DNA from: Lingula anatina
Taxonomy: Eukaryota > Animalia > Brachiopoda
Reading direction: 5' to 3'
Assembly (NCBI GenBank): GCA_051362555.1
Contig: CM120649.1
Coordinates: 3,038,001 to 3,102,000 of the forward strand
Length of the DNA: 64,000 nucleotides
Position numbers and translations under genes: made by a program. How positions within the stretch are numbered: the first letter of the stretch is position 1; every line of letters starts with the position of its first letter. Under the pieces are notes generated by a model, which had not been told where the DNA came from, did no database searches, and saw only the letters and a program-made list of their open reading frames with translations. Of this stretch, positions 41,980-54,800 are shown piece by piece.

Positions 41980-44900
41980 TTTATTTTTTTATTTCTACCA
42001 CTTTTGAGTGTTTGTTGCAATTATTTTTTCTTTGCAAATCAAAGAAAAAAACATATATGCATTAGTAAAAAAGACCATAAATTTTACAATCTACTGCCTG
42101 AGGCCATTTTCTCTGCAAAGAACTCAAAAATATACCTTGATACCCAAACTGAGAACAATCAGATCTTCAGAGAAGTCCATACCATGGGCATTGAATACTT
42201 TTAAAAAACTGACATAAGTTTTAGTGTGTTTTTAATTAATCTTAATCTCATTATTTTTTTCAATATCCGAAAGGTACCAAAGGTTTTATATGTTCTTAAT
42301 AGTTTTAATTTTAACAATTTTATTAAACTCATTGATATTCTCATAAAGTGAATCAATCATTTTATGTTATTGTGCAATGATTATTCAACTATCTAAGTTG
42401 CAAATAAACACCATAATAATAATGATGATGATGATTATGTTGATTATTATTATTATTATTATTATTATATAAAGTAGTTATCTAATCATCTTTATTAACA
42501 TCTTGATCTCTATGTCTAGGCCTCACTTGCACAGAGCAGAACTTTGTCACCAAGGCTGGGGCACAGAAGTATGCTGCAGAGCATGGGATTATGATTGTTG
42601 CACCAGACACCAGTCCTAGTAAGTTCACAGGGAGCAGGGTGAGGGGGGGGGGGGGGCGATAAGGGGCCTATTGTCTCTCCCACCTCAATGTAGATAATTG
42701 ATTTTCTTCTGAATGGCTACCCCCTTCTTTCCCAATTGCATACACACACACACACACACATGCACTCACGTAACCCACGCACACACACACACTTCCTACA
42801 TACCTGCATTAACTATTAAGAAGACTAACAATGATGGATGGGAGGATAACTATGACTGTGTCTCATTATTCAATAATATGGCTAATCCCATGCTGAGAAC
42901 TCAGTCTACAGATTCCTTAAATCTTTGTTGACATATGTTGTACATTGTAAGCCCCTCTCTAAAATTTTCTTTCCACACAGATGTTTTTTACAATTCAGGG
43001 GGCTGTAACATTGAGGGAGAAGATGACAGCTATGACTTTGGTTGTAGCTGAGAACTCGGATAACAGATTTCTTTAGCTTTGTTGATATATATTTAACGTT
43101 GTTAGCCTCTCTTAGATTTGCTTTCCACACACACAGATGTTTTTTTCCAATTCAGGGGGCTGTAACATTGAGGGGGAAGATGACAGCTATGACTTTGGTT
43201 CCGGAGCAGGATTTTATTTGGATGCCTCTGAAGAGAAGTGGAAAACCAACTACAGGATGCATTCCTATATTACCAAAGAGGTAAAGTCCCTTTTATACTG
43301 GACGGCCCCTTTCTGTGTCCCGTAGTACAGCCCCCATTTGAGAGTAAAAAAAAAAAAAACTTTACATGCTGACAACTGGCCGATCATTGAGCATTCATTC
43401 TGCAACCAAAGCGATGCTTGAACAAAGGACGCAGGTTGAACAAAGGATGCAGAAAGGATGTCATCCAGTTTAAAGGGGGTTTAATTAAAATTTCATGCCG
43501 CTATCTTGAAAAACCATTAAGCTGTCAATTTAATATTTAGAAGTACCAAATCTGATGGTTTATTAAACTCCAGCTTTCATATTGTGGGAGATATTGGTTT
43601 TTATATTCTCCTTTTCATTAATAATGCATTGGTGAAGTTATGACCACTGAAGCAGATACGTTGAAAAGGAATTTAAAAATGAATAAAAATACCATGATGT
43701 ACTTGACTTTATGATACTCAGATGTTCCAGTTTATGTTTCTAAGATTCACCAATTCTGATCAAACAATACGAAAGTTTTTATAAAAATAATTTTTATTCT
43801 TCTTGTATTCAGATTGAAATTCGCTTAATTGTAGTGTTGCTGTTTGTTTTCTTGAGGTATCAAGAAATATAGTGAATTCAGATCTACAGACTAACAGATC
43901 CCCAATTCAAATATGTCTGAAGCATTTGAATGCTTATTGCGTAATCCCCGCGGGAAATCTGTACAATGTCTAATCGGGAATTAAGCGACAAGCTTTTTAG
44001 TGGGTCGCCATATTTGATCCTCGGATCTGTTAGTCCGCTGTTCTGAATGCACTAATAGTCTATGAATATACAATTTGTATTCCAGCTGCAACAGTTAGTG
44101 AATGCCTCCTTCCCTGTCTCTGGGAAACAGTCAGTATTTGGACACAGGTGAGGGAAGGTGGGGTGGGGTTAGGATAGGGGTAGGGGTGGGGTTGGGTTGG
44201 GATAGGGGTGGGGTGAGTTTGGGGTGGGGGTGGGGGTTGGGTTGGGATGGGGGTAAGGGGCAGGGTGAAAGTTGGGTAGGGATGGGGATGGAGGTAAGCG
44301 CTTGTTGGGGTGGTTTGGGGGGGGGGAGAGGAACCAACAAAGAATGCTTACAGTGCAAATGCATTAAGAAATTTGTAAAAGCAGAAATTAGTTCTTTTTT
44401 TCTGGCATCTTGATCTGTTTTTTTTTCTGTTAAGTTGTTCTTAGTTACATTAGGTCATGAATTTAATTAATAGTGTTAGGTCAAGAGAATGACTTACTTT
44501 TAAATGACTGAAGTGAAACATAACAATTGATTTATTTTTGCTTATCAATATGCCATGATATGCATCACGTATGATTATTGTTTTTATTTTAATAGTTTTA
44601 TTCCATGGAAATGAAGTTTATGAGATATCAGTATAAAAAAGATTCAATATCGCATTCCAGCATGGGAGGCCATGGTGCCCTGATATGCGCCCTGAAGAAC
44701 CCTGGGATGTTCAGCTCTGTGTCAGCATTTTCTCCTATCTGTAACCCGTGTGAGTGTGCCTGGGGACAGAAGGCATTCACAGGGTACCTGGGCTCTGACA
44801 AGGAGGCCTGGAAGGTCTGCCATTGAAGCTCTCTCCCCTCCTTCTCTCTCTCTCTCTTTCTTTCTCTCTCTCTGGAAGGTCTGTCATTGAATCTCTCCCC

Positions 44901-45630
44901 TCCCCCTTCTCTCTCTCTCTCATATTATAGTTAAAACTGCTGTTTGCATGCAAAGGTGTGGAGTCTTAACACTAAGTCTCGAGTGGCTCCAAAATTCTAC
45001 AGTATATCCATTAATGATACCTATATTATTCTGTTCCTTTTTCCTGTAAGCAAAATATAGAGGATACGTAGTCAATATTTTTAGTTGCAGTTGAAATTGA
45101 TTAAAGAGTTGTAGAATTGTAAGTGCCATTTCCTTTATCAGTGGGAGAAAGGGAGTTCCATAACAACTACATGTGTGTTAAAATCATGAGAAAGGTATTT
45201 AGTAAATTTTGAAAGGTATACATGTACAATGAATTTTCTGTTAGTTTGATTTTCTAATCTACAGGCTCATGATGCTAGCTGCCTGGTGAAGAGCTACTCT
45301 GGACCCCCTCTTGGAGATATCCTCATCGACCAGGTGGGTTTAAAAATACATTATGCAAGGAAAGTGTTGAAGTATTTTGGAAAAATATTTCAAAAGTTTT
45401 CTTTATACATACATACATTCATACATACATGTCTAGCAGTGTCCTTTGGGTTAGGAACCAATTAGAGGGAAAAAAAGCACAACCAAAGAAAAAAAATATA
45501 TATATATTGAAAATTTAGATCCACACAATTAATATGCAGAATCCTATTGACAGTTTTCGTTCAACAGGATATTGCTAATTTGCAGTGTTGTTGGAAGTCA
45601 CTTTATTTCTTAGGAATTACAAGTATTAAT

Positions 45631-45684
<54 letters not shown>

Positions 45685-47987
45685 ATATAATATAATAATA
45701 ATATAATATATATGTATTTGAGAAAGTTGAAAATTAGTTTCTCACTTTTCCCTGACATATTGCCCAAAATTTCAGGGCAAAGATGACAACTTCCTGGGTC
45801 AAGGTCAACTGCTGCCAGACAATTTTGTCGCTGCCTGTGCTGAGGCTAAGGTTCCTGTGGTCCTCAGGATGCAAGAGGTATAGTTCTTTTTTATTTTTCA
45901 GAAATAAAAGTTGGATCAAAACTTCACTATAACTCAATGTTAATTTTACAGATATATTTTTATAAACCAGTTTCTAGGTTTCATTAGTACCACCAGCGTA
46001 TACGCTGGCGGTACTCATGGTTTTAGTCCCGGCCCGTCTCGTACAGCTCCGCCGGCTCCTGCGGCTCCGCCGGCTCCTGCGGCTCCGCCGGCTCCGCCGG
46101 CTCCGCAGTCGGGCGCCGGAAACAAGTCATCGTTACCGCTTCTCCTCCTAGACCGCCAGGACCTGTGTCCCCATCTCTTGGATTTAGGTCACATATAATC
46201 TCAACTTGAACACCCTGGTTTTTTTGTCTCTGTCGGTGTATTGGCCTGGGCGTGACACTTGTTGAAATGCACCCTTGTCAAAATTTTTGAAAATTCAAGG
46301 CTAAATATCTCCCAAACCAAAGGAATTATGGGAAAAATTACTACAGAAGTCTGACCGAAAGTCATATGTGGAGATTCCAAATATGCCCTTGAATTTGACT
46401 TTTGACCTTTTTTTCAAGGTCAATCAAGCCAAAATTTTCTAAAAATGGGAATTTTCTTCAAAAAAATATTTGTTTGTGCTATTTATTGGAAACTACACAG
46501 ATCTAAGCTCTCCTGTTATAGTGAGGGGTTACAATTGGGGACTCCTTTAATCTTTGGGAGTTTGGGGTCAATCGGTGCATTTTCACGGGAGAAGCAGCCA
46601 TTAGATACCGAAACTGAAAACTTGCTTTTATTCTGGAATGGTAAATGCCAGAGACCTTTTGTTCATAGCATTTTGTAGAACTTGTCAAGTGCATTACTGG
46701 ACGTGGTGTCCATTTTTTTGTTTTCGATATAGTTTAGGCATTGCGCTGTATCAAATATTACTACATTGCAATATTCAGTTGGGGAAATGTTAAATATTCC
46801 AAATTAGCAGAAATATGCCCAAAGTTACTATTGAACTTGAATAGGAATTCATATACTGGTAATCTAACTGTGACCTTGAAATTGACCTTTGACCTACTTT
46901 TCATGATGAACTGCACTTTGAAGTTTTCTGATCTTTATATCTCCAAAATTGGCAAAGATACGCCCAAAGTTACTGTTGAACTTTTATAGGAAGTTACATA
47001 CTGGTAATCTAACTGTGACCTTTAAATTGACCTTTGACCTACTTTTCACCATGAACTGAACTTTGCAAATTTTCCAGCCCTTATATCTCCAAAACTGGCA
47101 GAGATACACCCATAGTTACTATTGAACTATAATAGGAAGTCATATACAAGCATTCTTATTGTGACCTTTAAATTGACCTTTGGCCTACTTTTCACCAGGA
47201 ACTGAACTTTGCAAATTTTCTATCCTTTATATTTTGATAACTGGCAGAGATAGGTCCAAAGTTACTATTCAACTTGAATAGGAAGTCATATACTGGCAAT
47301 CTTACTGTGACCTTGAAATTGACCTTTGATATTTTCTTGCCCTTCATATCTTCAAAACTAGCAGAAATCTGCCCAGTGTTGTCCCTAGGTTTTCTCTTTT
47401 GTCAGCACCGGTATATGCAATACTGATAATGCATTTCGAGGAAAACCCATAGGCCTATTGTCTAGAAAATCACAGGAGTGATCAGTGTTATGAAAATACA
47501 GGTCAATTTGAACATCTCTTTGATTGGACCATTTTAACTGTTTTTTTTTTTTTTTTTTTTTTGCATATTTTGAGAATTCTTGTTAATTGCATTTTATAGA
47601 GCTTGTCAAGCACAAGACTGGTGGTGGTGTCCATACGAATGCGCTTACTCCAGCTGGTGGTACAATATCCAGAGGCGGTATCGCCTCTCTGATCCTCTAG
47701 TTTGTTTTTGTATATAAGATTGCTTTTGCAATTGATGAAATAAATTTATTATTGCCAAACTGAATCAGTTTACATTCATTACAGTTTTTAAGTGGAAGTT
47801 GCCAGTTGAAAACTATTGTTTTTATCCATTCAAATTTTGTAAGTTGTGATAGTGTGTGAGACATACATTACGATAGTTTTAATATAAATTTTTATTTCAA
47901 TTTTAGGGCTATGACCACAGCTATTTCTTCATCTCAACATTTATTGAGGATCACATAAAACACCATGCTAAATACTTGAATGCCTAA
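41554..47987 (+). CDS. ESD: S-formylglutathione hydrolase / esterase D, 282 aa
   Basis: Exons 41554-41621, 41771-41859, 42520-42618, 43156-43280, 44086-44147, 44661-44814 (GHS|MGG nucleophile motif), 45265-45333, 45776-45877 and 47907-47987 (GYDHSY). They sum to 849 nt. A probable 5'UTR exon ends at ~40786. Confidence 0.96.
41863..41977. repeat. (CT)n microsatellite; (AAT)n also at ~41426-41478
   Basis: Direct inspection. Confidence 0.9.
43872..44052. mobile_element. Palindromic MITE in an ESD intron
   Basis: Imperfect long inverted ends GTGAATTCAGA..GACTAACAGATCC / GGATCTGTTAGTC..TCTGAATGCAC. A related inverted copy lies at ~49062-49262. Confidence 0.6.
45981..47702. mobile_element. HINE family 2, copy 3, in the last ESD intron
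   Basis: Same terminal hairpin, GCTCCGCCG/GCTCCTGCG repeats, ~146-bp cores (~46800-47350) and CTCTGATCCTCTAGTT end as the other copies. Confidence 0.88.
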
Positions 47988-49061
47988 GTCAGGCATACAG
48001 CCACAGCCAAAAGTGACAGAGATCATAATTGGTGGGCAGAGATCACTCATTCTATCCAATCAAGCGCCTTGTTACAAGTGACCAAAAATGTGAAATTTAA
48101 CATAATTCTCTTTACGATGCTAAGGTTGATCATGCACAAAGAGTTTATGAAATATGCATCGTGAACTCAAATTCTGCAAAGATACTATCGAATGTATTAA
48201 AATGTAAACATGCATAAAATAAGAGATCAAACATATCAATATCTGATTAGGAAGGTTAATTTGAATTATGTCAACTACCTTTACTTTTTTTTTTTAGAGA
48301 ATTTGAGATTTATGCCAATATGCCAAATAACTAAATCACTGTCAGATGCATGAGTAGAGAACTCCTTGATGCTGACAGAAAAAATATATGAATTACATGT
48401 AGATATTTTTCATCAATCGGGTTACGTGAAAGAAACAACCAATCAGTTTTTGGGTAATATGCGATTGTTTATAAAAGTAACTGGCCAACTGATCTGTTGC
48501 ATAAATATGATGTCTGGTTTCCAATGACTTGCTTCGAGACTGATGGAAGAAGAACCATCTTAGCTTACAGATTTGGAGAAAATTTGAGCTCTTGAGACAT
48601 TTTCTCCAGGAGTCCCTTTTTTCTTTTACATGTACTGTATTTGTACTCAAGAACAGCATTTTGTTGTGATTTCTTTAATTAAATGATTTGATTATCAGCT
48701 GGAAATTAAGAGATAATTGTTCAGTTTAAGGGGCAGAACATTAAATTTTGATAGCATAAATAACTGAAAGTTTTATGTTTTGAATTCTATTCTGTAACTC
48801 AATAACCATATATTTATGAGTGCCTTTTGTTGAAAGCTGATGAAGAAAGAGTAATGATTCTGCATAAAAGGAAAATTGATTCAATTTATAAATTATATAA
48901 TGGGAAACCGGAGATAGGAGGCTGTCTTCTATACACTTTGCTGCCTTACAAGACTAAACTTTCATTATTTTTGTAGCCACCCTTCTCCAAAACCCACAGA
49001 ATATTGCTTGATTTTACACTTAATCATGACACATTAGGTTAACTCGATTAATCCCCATTGG

Positions 49062-49262
49062 GAGCATTCAGAACAAATCGCTCCATGGAGTAACATCCAC
49101 GTGTTAAATATGGCCAACCCACTTAAAAACTTGCTGCATAATCCCCTAATAGACACTAAAATAAATTCCCTGCGGGTATTACACAGTAAGCTTTGAAGTG
49201 GGTTGGCCATATTTGATCCACGGACCTGTTAGTCTACACATCAACTTTCGTTGTGAATGTGG
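49062..49262. mobile_element. MITE related to 43872-44052
   Basis: Internal inverted repeat AAATATGGCCAACCCACTT / AAGTGGGTTGGCCATATTT and shared GCCATATTTGATCC..CGGA..TGTTAGTC. Confidence 0.5.
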
Positions 49263-49552
49263 CCATTTTATTTAAATACTCCTATCCCTGTTTGCACTAG
49301 AAGTCCTGGCAATGGTAGGAGACTTCACCAATTTGAAATTATTGAAGAAAATGTAGTAGTGAAAAAATGATTAAGAGATAAACGACAAAGTGAACATCAA
49401 CCATTTTATTCAATTTTATAGCAAAATACACAGCACAGCTGCCTATAAGTATATATTATTTATCTCTACATACATATGGCAACCTTTTAAGGAAACACCT
49501 GTTTCTAATCCTTAACAATAATAATGCTTCTATTTCTAACAATCACTACTCC

Positions 49553-49690
49553 TTACCCTCTACTGGGGCCACAATTATGAATATTTGGACATTCTAGCCG
49601 AGGTGAAGAGAATAACTGTTAATTTAACCACAGATATATTATCTGTGAATATCTCTTGAAAAATCAATCTGTGGCCCTGGTAGAGGGTAA
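49553..49690. mobile_element. Small TIR element (MITE)
   Basis: Inverted ends TTACCCTCTACTGGGGCCACA / TGTGGCCCTGGTAGAGGGTAA. Confidence 0.55.
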
Positions 49691-51424
49691 CGACTTCTTA
49701 GTTGTGGTAACCATAACCAACCATATGCTACATAATATCAAATGCAGATCTCTCACTTCAGTGCAATATGTAAAAAACGGCAAATCTAGCCTCAGAAAAT
49801 ACCTCAACATAACTAACACAATATCAAACAATTAGTAGCAAACAAAGACCATGGCTTAACTACATTGTGATGCAGCCCAGACAAAATAAAATTAACACAA
49901 ATGGTTGAGAAAAGAAAAAATTGCCATACTATGTCTAAATGTTACTTTAAACAAATGTCTTTATATTAACTTGGAATGTGACTTTGTTACTATGGTGATC
50001 TCACCAAAGCTTTGACCATGTTACTTATAAATGCTTTAGTTCACAGGAAAACTGATGGGTAACTGACACACCAAAATACAAGTTACATTAAATCTTCTTT
50101 AAAACAGAAATGAGATTATACTACACCTAAATTAGATTATCCCCCCCCCCCCAAAAAAAAATTATAATAAATGAAAAAGACACCTTAGTGCTGTGATCCC
50201 CAGGCAATTGCATCTACAGAGATAAAATGGTCTTCCCATTTTGTCAATAATATATAACAAAATATATTGTAAACTCTATTCTGTAGCTACAACAGACTCT
50301 TTGTGAACACCTGCAGAACTGTTTTATGACATGGTATGTAGTATTGTGTTGCCTTCAAGGTGGAAAATGGCAATATCACTGCTAAATATCTTAAAACTGT
50401 GGCTAGTTTCATTACATAACTTCAGCCTGGTAATTGTTCTTCACTTTTAGAACAAAAATTTGATCCAGACTTCAATTCAAGTTTTACTGGTTCATTAATA
50501 ATATATAAATTGCTGCTACAGCATTGCTTCTCTCAAAATATATTACAAAACATATTTGGTATGTTTGAAAAATAACAGTAACAAATGGATAATAAAATTC
50601 ATATGTTTGCGCATCTAGAATGATTTTTGTGCTAAAATTGACTTTCTTGGAATTGTGCAGAAAAAAAAATACCACAGCTGTATAAAACTTTATACAGTGT
50701 TAATTTGTGCTTGGTAACTGCAAAAAAAAAAAAAATAAAAAAAAAAAATAAAAAAAAAAAACCTGGCATCTGTCCAGGATCAATCCTTGTAAAATGCTGC
50801 TAATCGGATTATCAACGGAAACGTGGATTAATTAAAAAGTGACAACACTTTGGATGTGAAAATTAAGGCTCGAATTCTGATAATGACACACAAATTATCA
50901 CATCAAAATAACATAGTTACTGTGTAAAAATAAACATTTGTGCTTTGGTTTTAATTAACCCCACTCTTGATAATTTGGGGAGAATATAATTGTGCTTCAC
51001 ATTTATATAAGAATAGATGCTTATAAATAATGTAATATGTGAACCAAAAATTACCTTGTAAATTCATTTAGACATTAACACACCACACTTAAGTTTTAGA
51101 ATACCTGTGGTAAAATATTCACAACATTGTATCCTCCATACTTTTTCTATCATTATTTTTGTAGGATCATACCAATTGTTCAGAAAAGAGGTTCTGATAA
51201 ACAATTTTTTGCTTGTTTTCTCTTTTAGATTTTTACATAGTTTCACATGCTATGTGTACCTTACTAAAAGAGTATTTCACACGTTTATATTTTGCACTCA
51301 GTTCACTGATATATATGTAATACGTATAAATATAGAATTGCGACACTGACCTTAAGCTTTACAAGGACACCAATTGCGTAAATAATGACTCAGTCTAACA
51401 TAAATGTCAAATACTAAAAATACA

Positions 51425-51742
51425 TGTTACGGTTTGGCCCGTCTTAGCTGTTATGCACATCGGTGGAGATAGCGTTTTACTTTTTTGACTAGAGCACGCG
51501 CTTATCATAGTTATGTTCTGATCATTAAAAGTCACTAATTCCCGCAATGAGGTAAGACTTTATGAATCATTTAGTAATTTAAACAGTTAATAAGAACTTT
51601 ATAAGTTGTAATTGTAACATAATTTAAGGATAATTTCTTAATTTGATGTATTTTGTTCATTTCAGTTTCTACGTGACAATTTCAATGACAAGCAAATAAA
51701 ATAGATGTAAAAAAGACTAAAGAAGTTTGCTTATTCGTAACA
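51425..51742 (+). repeat. 5' LTR
   Basis: TG...CA termini, internal GT-AG intron candidate 51552-51665, AATAAA at 51695-51700. Confidence 0.97.
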
Positions 51743-51828
51743 GTAGAAACTCAGCGACGATTTAGTGAAAGATAGTAGAAACTGAGCGACGATTTAGTGA
51801 AAGACGATCAGCATAGTATTTAGAAAAG

Positions 51829-54800
51829 ATGGCAACACAAGCAGAAATGATACTGCTGCAAGCAGAACTGAAAAGGGTAGAGTCGCATATAGATCAAACC
51901 ATGTGTGAGTTGGAAAAGCATTTTAATTTCACAAAGTCAAATATAAAAAAGACATCTACGCCCAAAAATGCACTAACATCTTGTGCCCCACTCACTTTGT
52001 GTGAGCAAACTACGATAGCAAAGGAACTCAGTAAACCAAGAATTCAGATTCAAGTATTTGAAGGTGACCCGATCAAATATGTGCTGTTTAAGAGACAGTT
52101 CAAAAGTAGAATCATAGAAACATGCGACTCTGACGATGAAAAACTGAACTATCTACTGCAATACACCAGAGGTGAGCCTCATGAAATTACGCTAGGTTTC
52201 GCTCACTTAGATGCAACCATTGGTTTCAAGGCCGCATGGAAGGAATTTGAGAGAAGGTATGGGGACCAAGAACAGATTGCGACATCGTATATAAACCGTG
52301 CCTTACAGTGGCCAGTGATAAAGCATGATGATTATGTCGCATTAGACAAATACGGCATATTTTTAAGGGAATGTGAATATGCAGTAAAAGAAATAGATGC
52401 CATTCCAGTCCTCGAGTATCCCGATAACCTTAAGAGGCTAATGACGAAGCTGCCGCTCAAATTGCATGATAAATGGAGAAGCATAGTATATGAAAGGAAG
52501 GAAAGGGGACAGAAGATAACCTTTCAGGTTTTCGTCGATTTTGTGCAGAAAGAAGCACGAAAATTGGCTGACCCCATTTTTGGAAAGGTTCCACCGCCAC
52601 CAGAGAGACCTATACCAGCACCAAGGAGAAGAGTTCCAACACAAACAGTACTGTCTAGTACCTCTGCATCCAGCAACGAAAGACACGTTCACAAGTGTAT
52701 ATTATGCAAGGAACAACATAAACTTCACCAATGCCCAGAAATGCAAGAAAAGACAATGGATGAAAGACTCAGCATTATAAAGAATAATGGTTTATGTTTT
52801 GGGTGCCTTGCATATGGTCACAGAAAACATGAATGCAGAAGTAAAATGAAATGCCAAAAATGTAACTCTTATCATCCAACAATTCTACACGATGACAATT
52901 ACACTAGTAAAGTAGTGGGAGCAGCTGTATGCCATACCACCCACAGTTCTGAGAATGTGCATTCCATGATAGTGCCAGTTGTAGTGCACCACGAGGATAA
53001 TCCAGACATTTATTCAGTGGTATATGCAGTACTAGACGAGCAGTCAGATGCCTGCTTTGTAAAGTCCTCGACCCTCAGTGAACTCGAATGTAAAGGGAAG
53101 CATGTAGACATCAGACTTTCAACCATACTTGGAGAAAAAACCGTCCCGAGCAGGAAAGTTAGAGGACTTGTTGTGAGAGGTCTGAACCAAGAGACATTGA
53201 TTGAGCTCCCAGATACATACTCCAGAGACTCCATTCCAGTTAAGCGATCACAGATACCCAGACCAGAAACTGCTAAGAAATGGCCACACTTGCACTCAAT
53301 TGCTGATAAGATTACTCCTTATCGCCCAGACATAGAGGTAGGACTGCTGTTGGGAGTAAACTGTATGAAAGCCATTAGAGGTCTGGAGTACATACATGGT
53401 AGAGGAGAGGAGCCATATGCATACAGATGTAACCTAGGTTGGGGTATAGTAGGGCCAGTGGACAAATCAAGACCCATAGATGAGAACAAGAGCTTTGGAA
53501 CACATGCCTTTGCCTTTAGAACACAAGTGACAGAGATCAGCCCCGCTGAGGTTTGCAGTCTCTTTGACCAAGGTTTCGACCAACAGAAAGATGAGAAGTT
53601 AAGCCTTCAAGACCAGAAGTTCATGAAGATTATGGAGGAGGGCATACATTTCAACGAGGGTTTTTACGAGATGCCACTACCATTTAAAGATGGACATCCA
53701 GCATTGCCAAACAACAAACCAGCAGCTGAGATCAGGCTAGAGCAGCTAAGGAAAAGGCTAATCCACAACCCGAAGTATTATGAGCACTATAACAGTTTTA
53801 TGCAGGACCTCATAGATAAATGCTATGCAGAAGAATCACCTCATGAAGATGGAGGTTGGTACTTACCACATCATGGTGTATATCACCCCAAGAAACGTGA
53901 GAAATTACGAGTGGTGTTTGATGCCAGTGCAAAACATGAAAATGTTGCGCTAAACGACTGCCTGTTGAAAAGACCTGATCAGAATAACTCGCTCATAGGT
54001 GTTTTATTGAGGTTTAGAGAGCAGCCAGTAGCAATCATGGGTGACATGGAGAACATGTTTCACAGGTTTAAAGTGAAAGAAGAGGATAGAAAGTTTTTAC
54101 AGTTCCTATGGTGGAAAGACGGTGACCTCAGTAGTAATCCCATCACATACAGAATGACGTCTCATATATTTGGAGCGATAAGTTCACCAGCATGCGCATT
54201 GTATGGACTGAGGAAACTAGCAGAGGACTACCAAGATGAGTATTCACCAGACGTCATTGCCTTTCTTAAGAATGACTTTTATGTAGACGATGGACTCAAG
54301 AGCATTGAGTCAAGTGAAGAAGCTATACGTCTTGTTAGAGAAACAAGAGAGCTGCTGAACAAAGGTAACCTAAGACTTCACAAGCTAGTATCAAACAACC
54401 GTGAAGTGATGAATACAATCCCAATGTCAGAGAGAGCCAAAGAAATGAGAAACATTGACCTTAACAGAGACACATTGCCAATATGCCCAGCTTTAGGAGT
54501 ACAGTGGTGTGTAGAAGCGGACAGTTTTCAGTTTAAGGTCCAGATCAATGATAAGCCATTAACAAGAAGGGGAATTCTCTCCACTGTAAGTTCCATATTT
54601 GACCCTTTAGGCCTTGTCTCACCATTCATCCTTGCCGGTAAGAAAATTCTCCAAGAGCTATGCAGAGACGGTGCAGAGTGGGATGATCAAGTGCCAGAGA
54701 GTATTAGATGCAGATGGGAAAGATGGCGCTCAGATTTGCTGAACTTAACCAAGTTGAATATACCACGGTGCTATAAGCCAAATGATTTTGGTGAAGTGAC

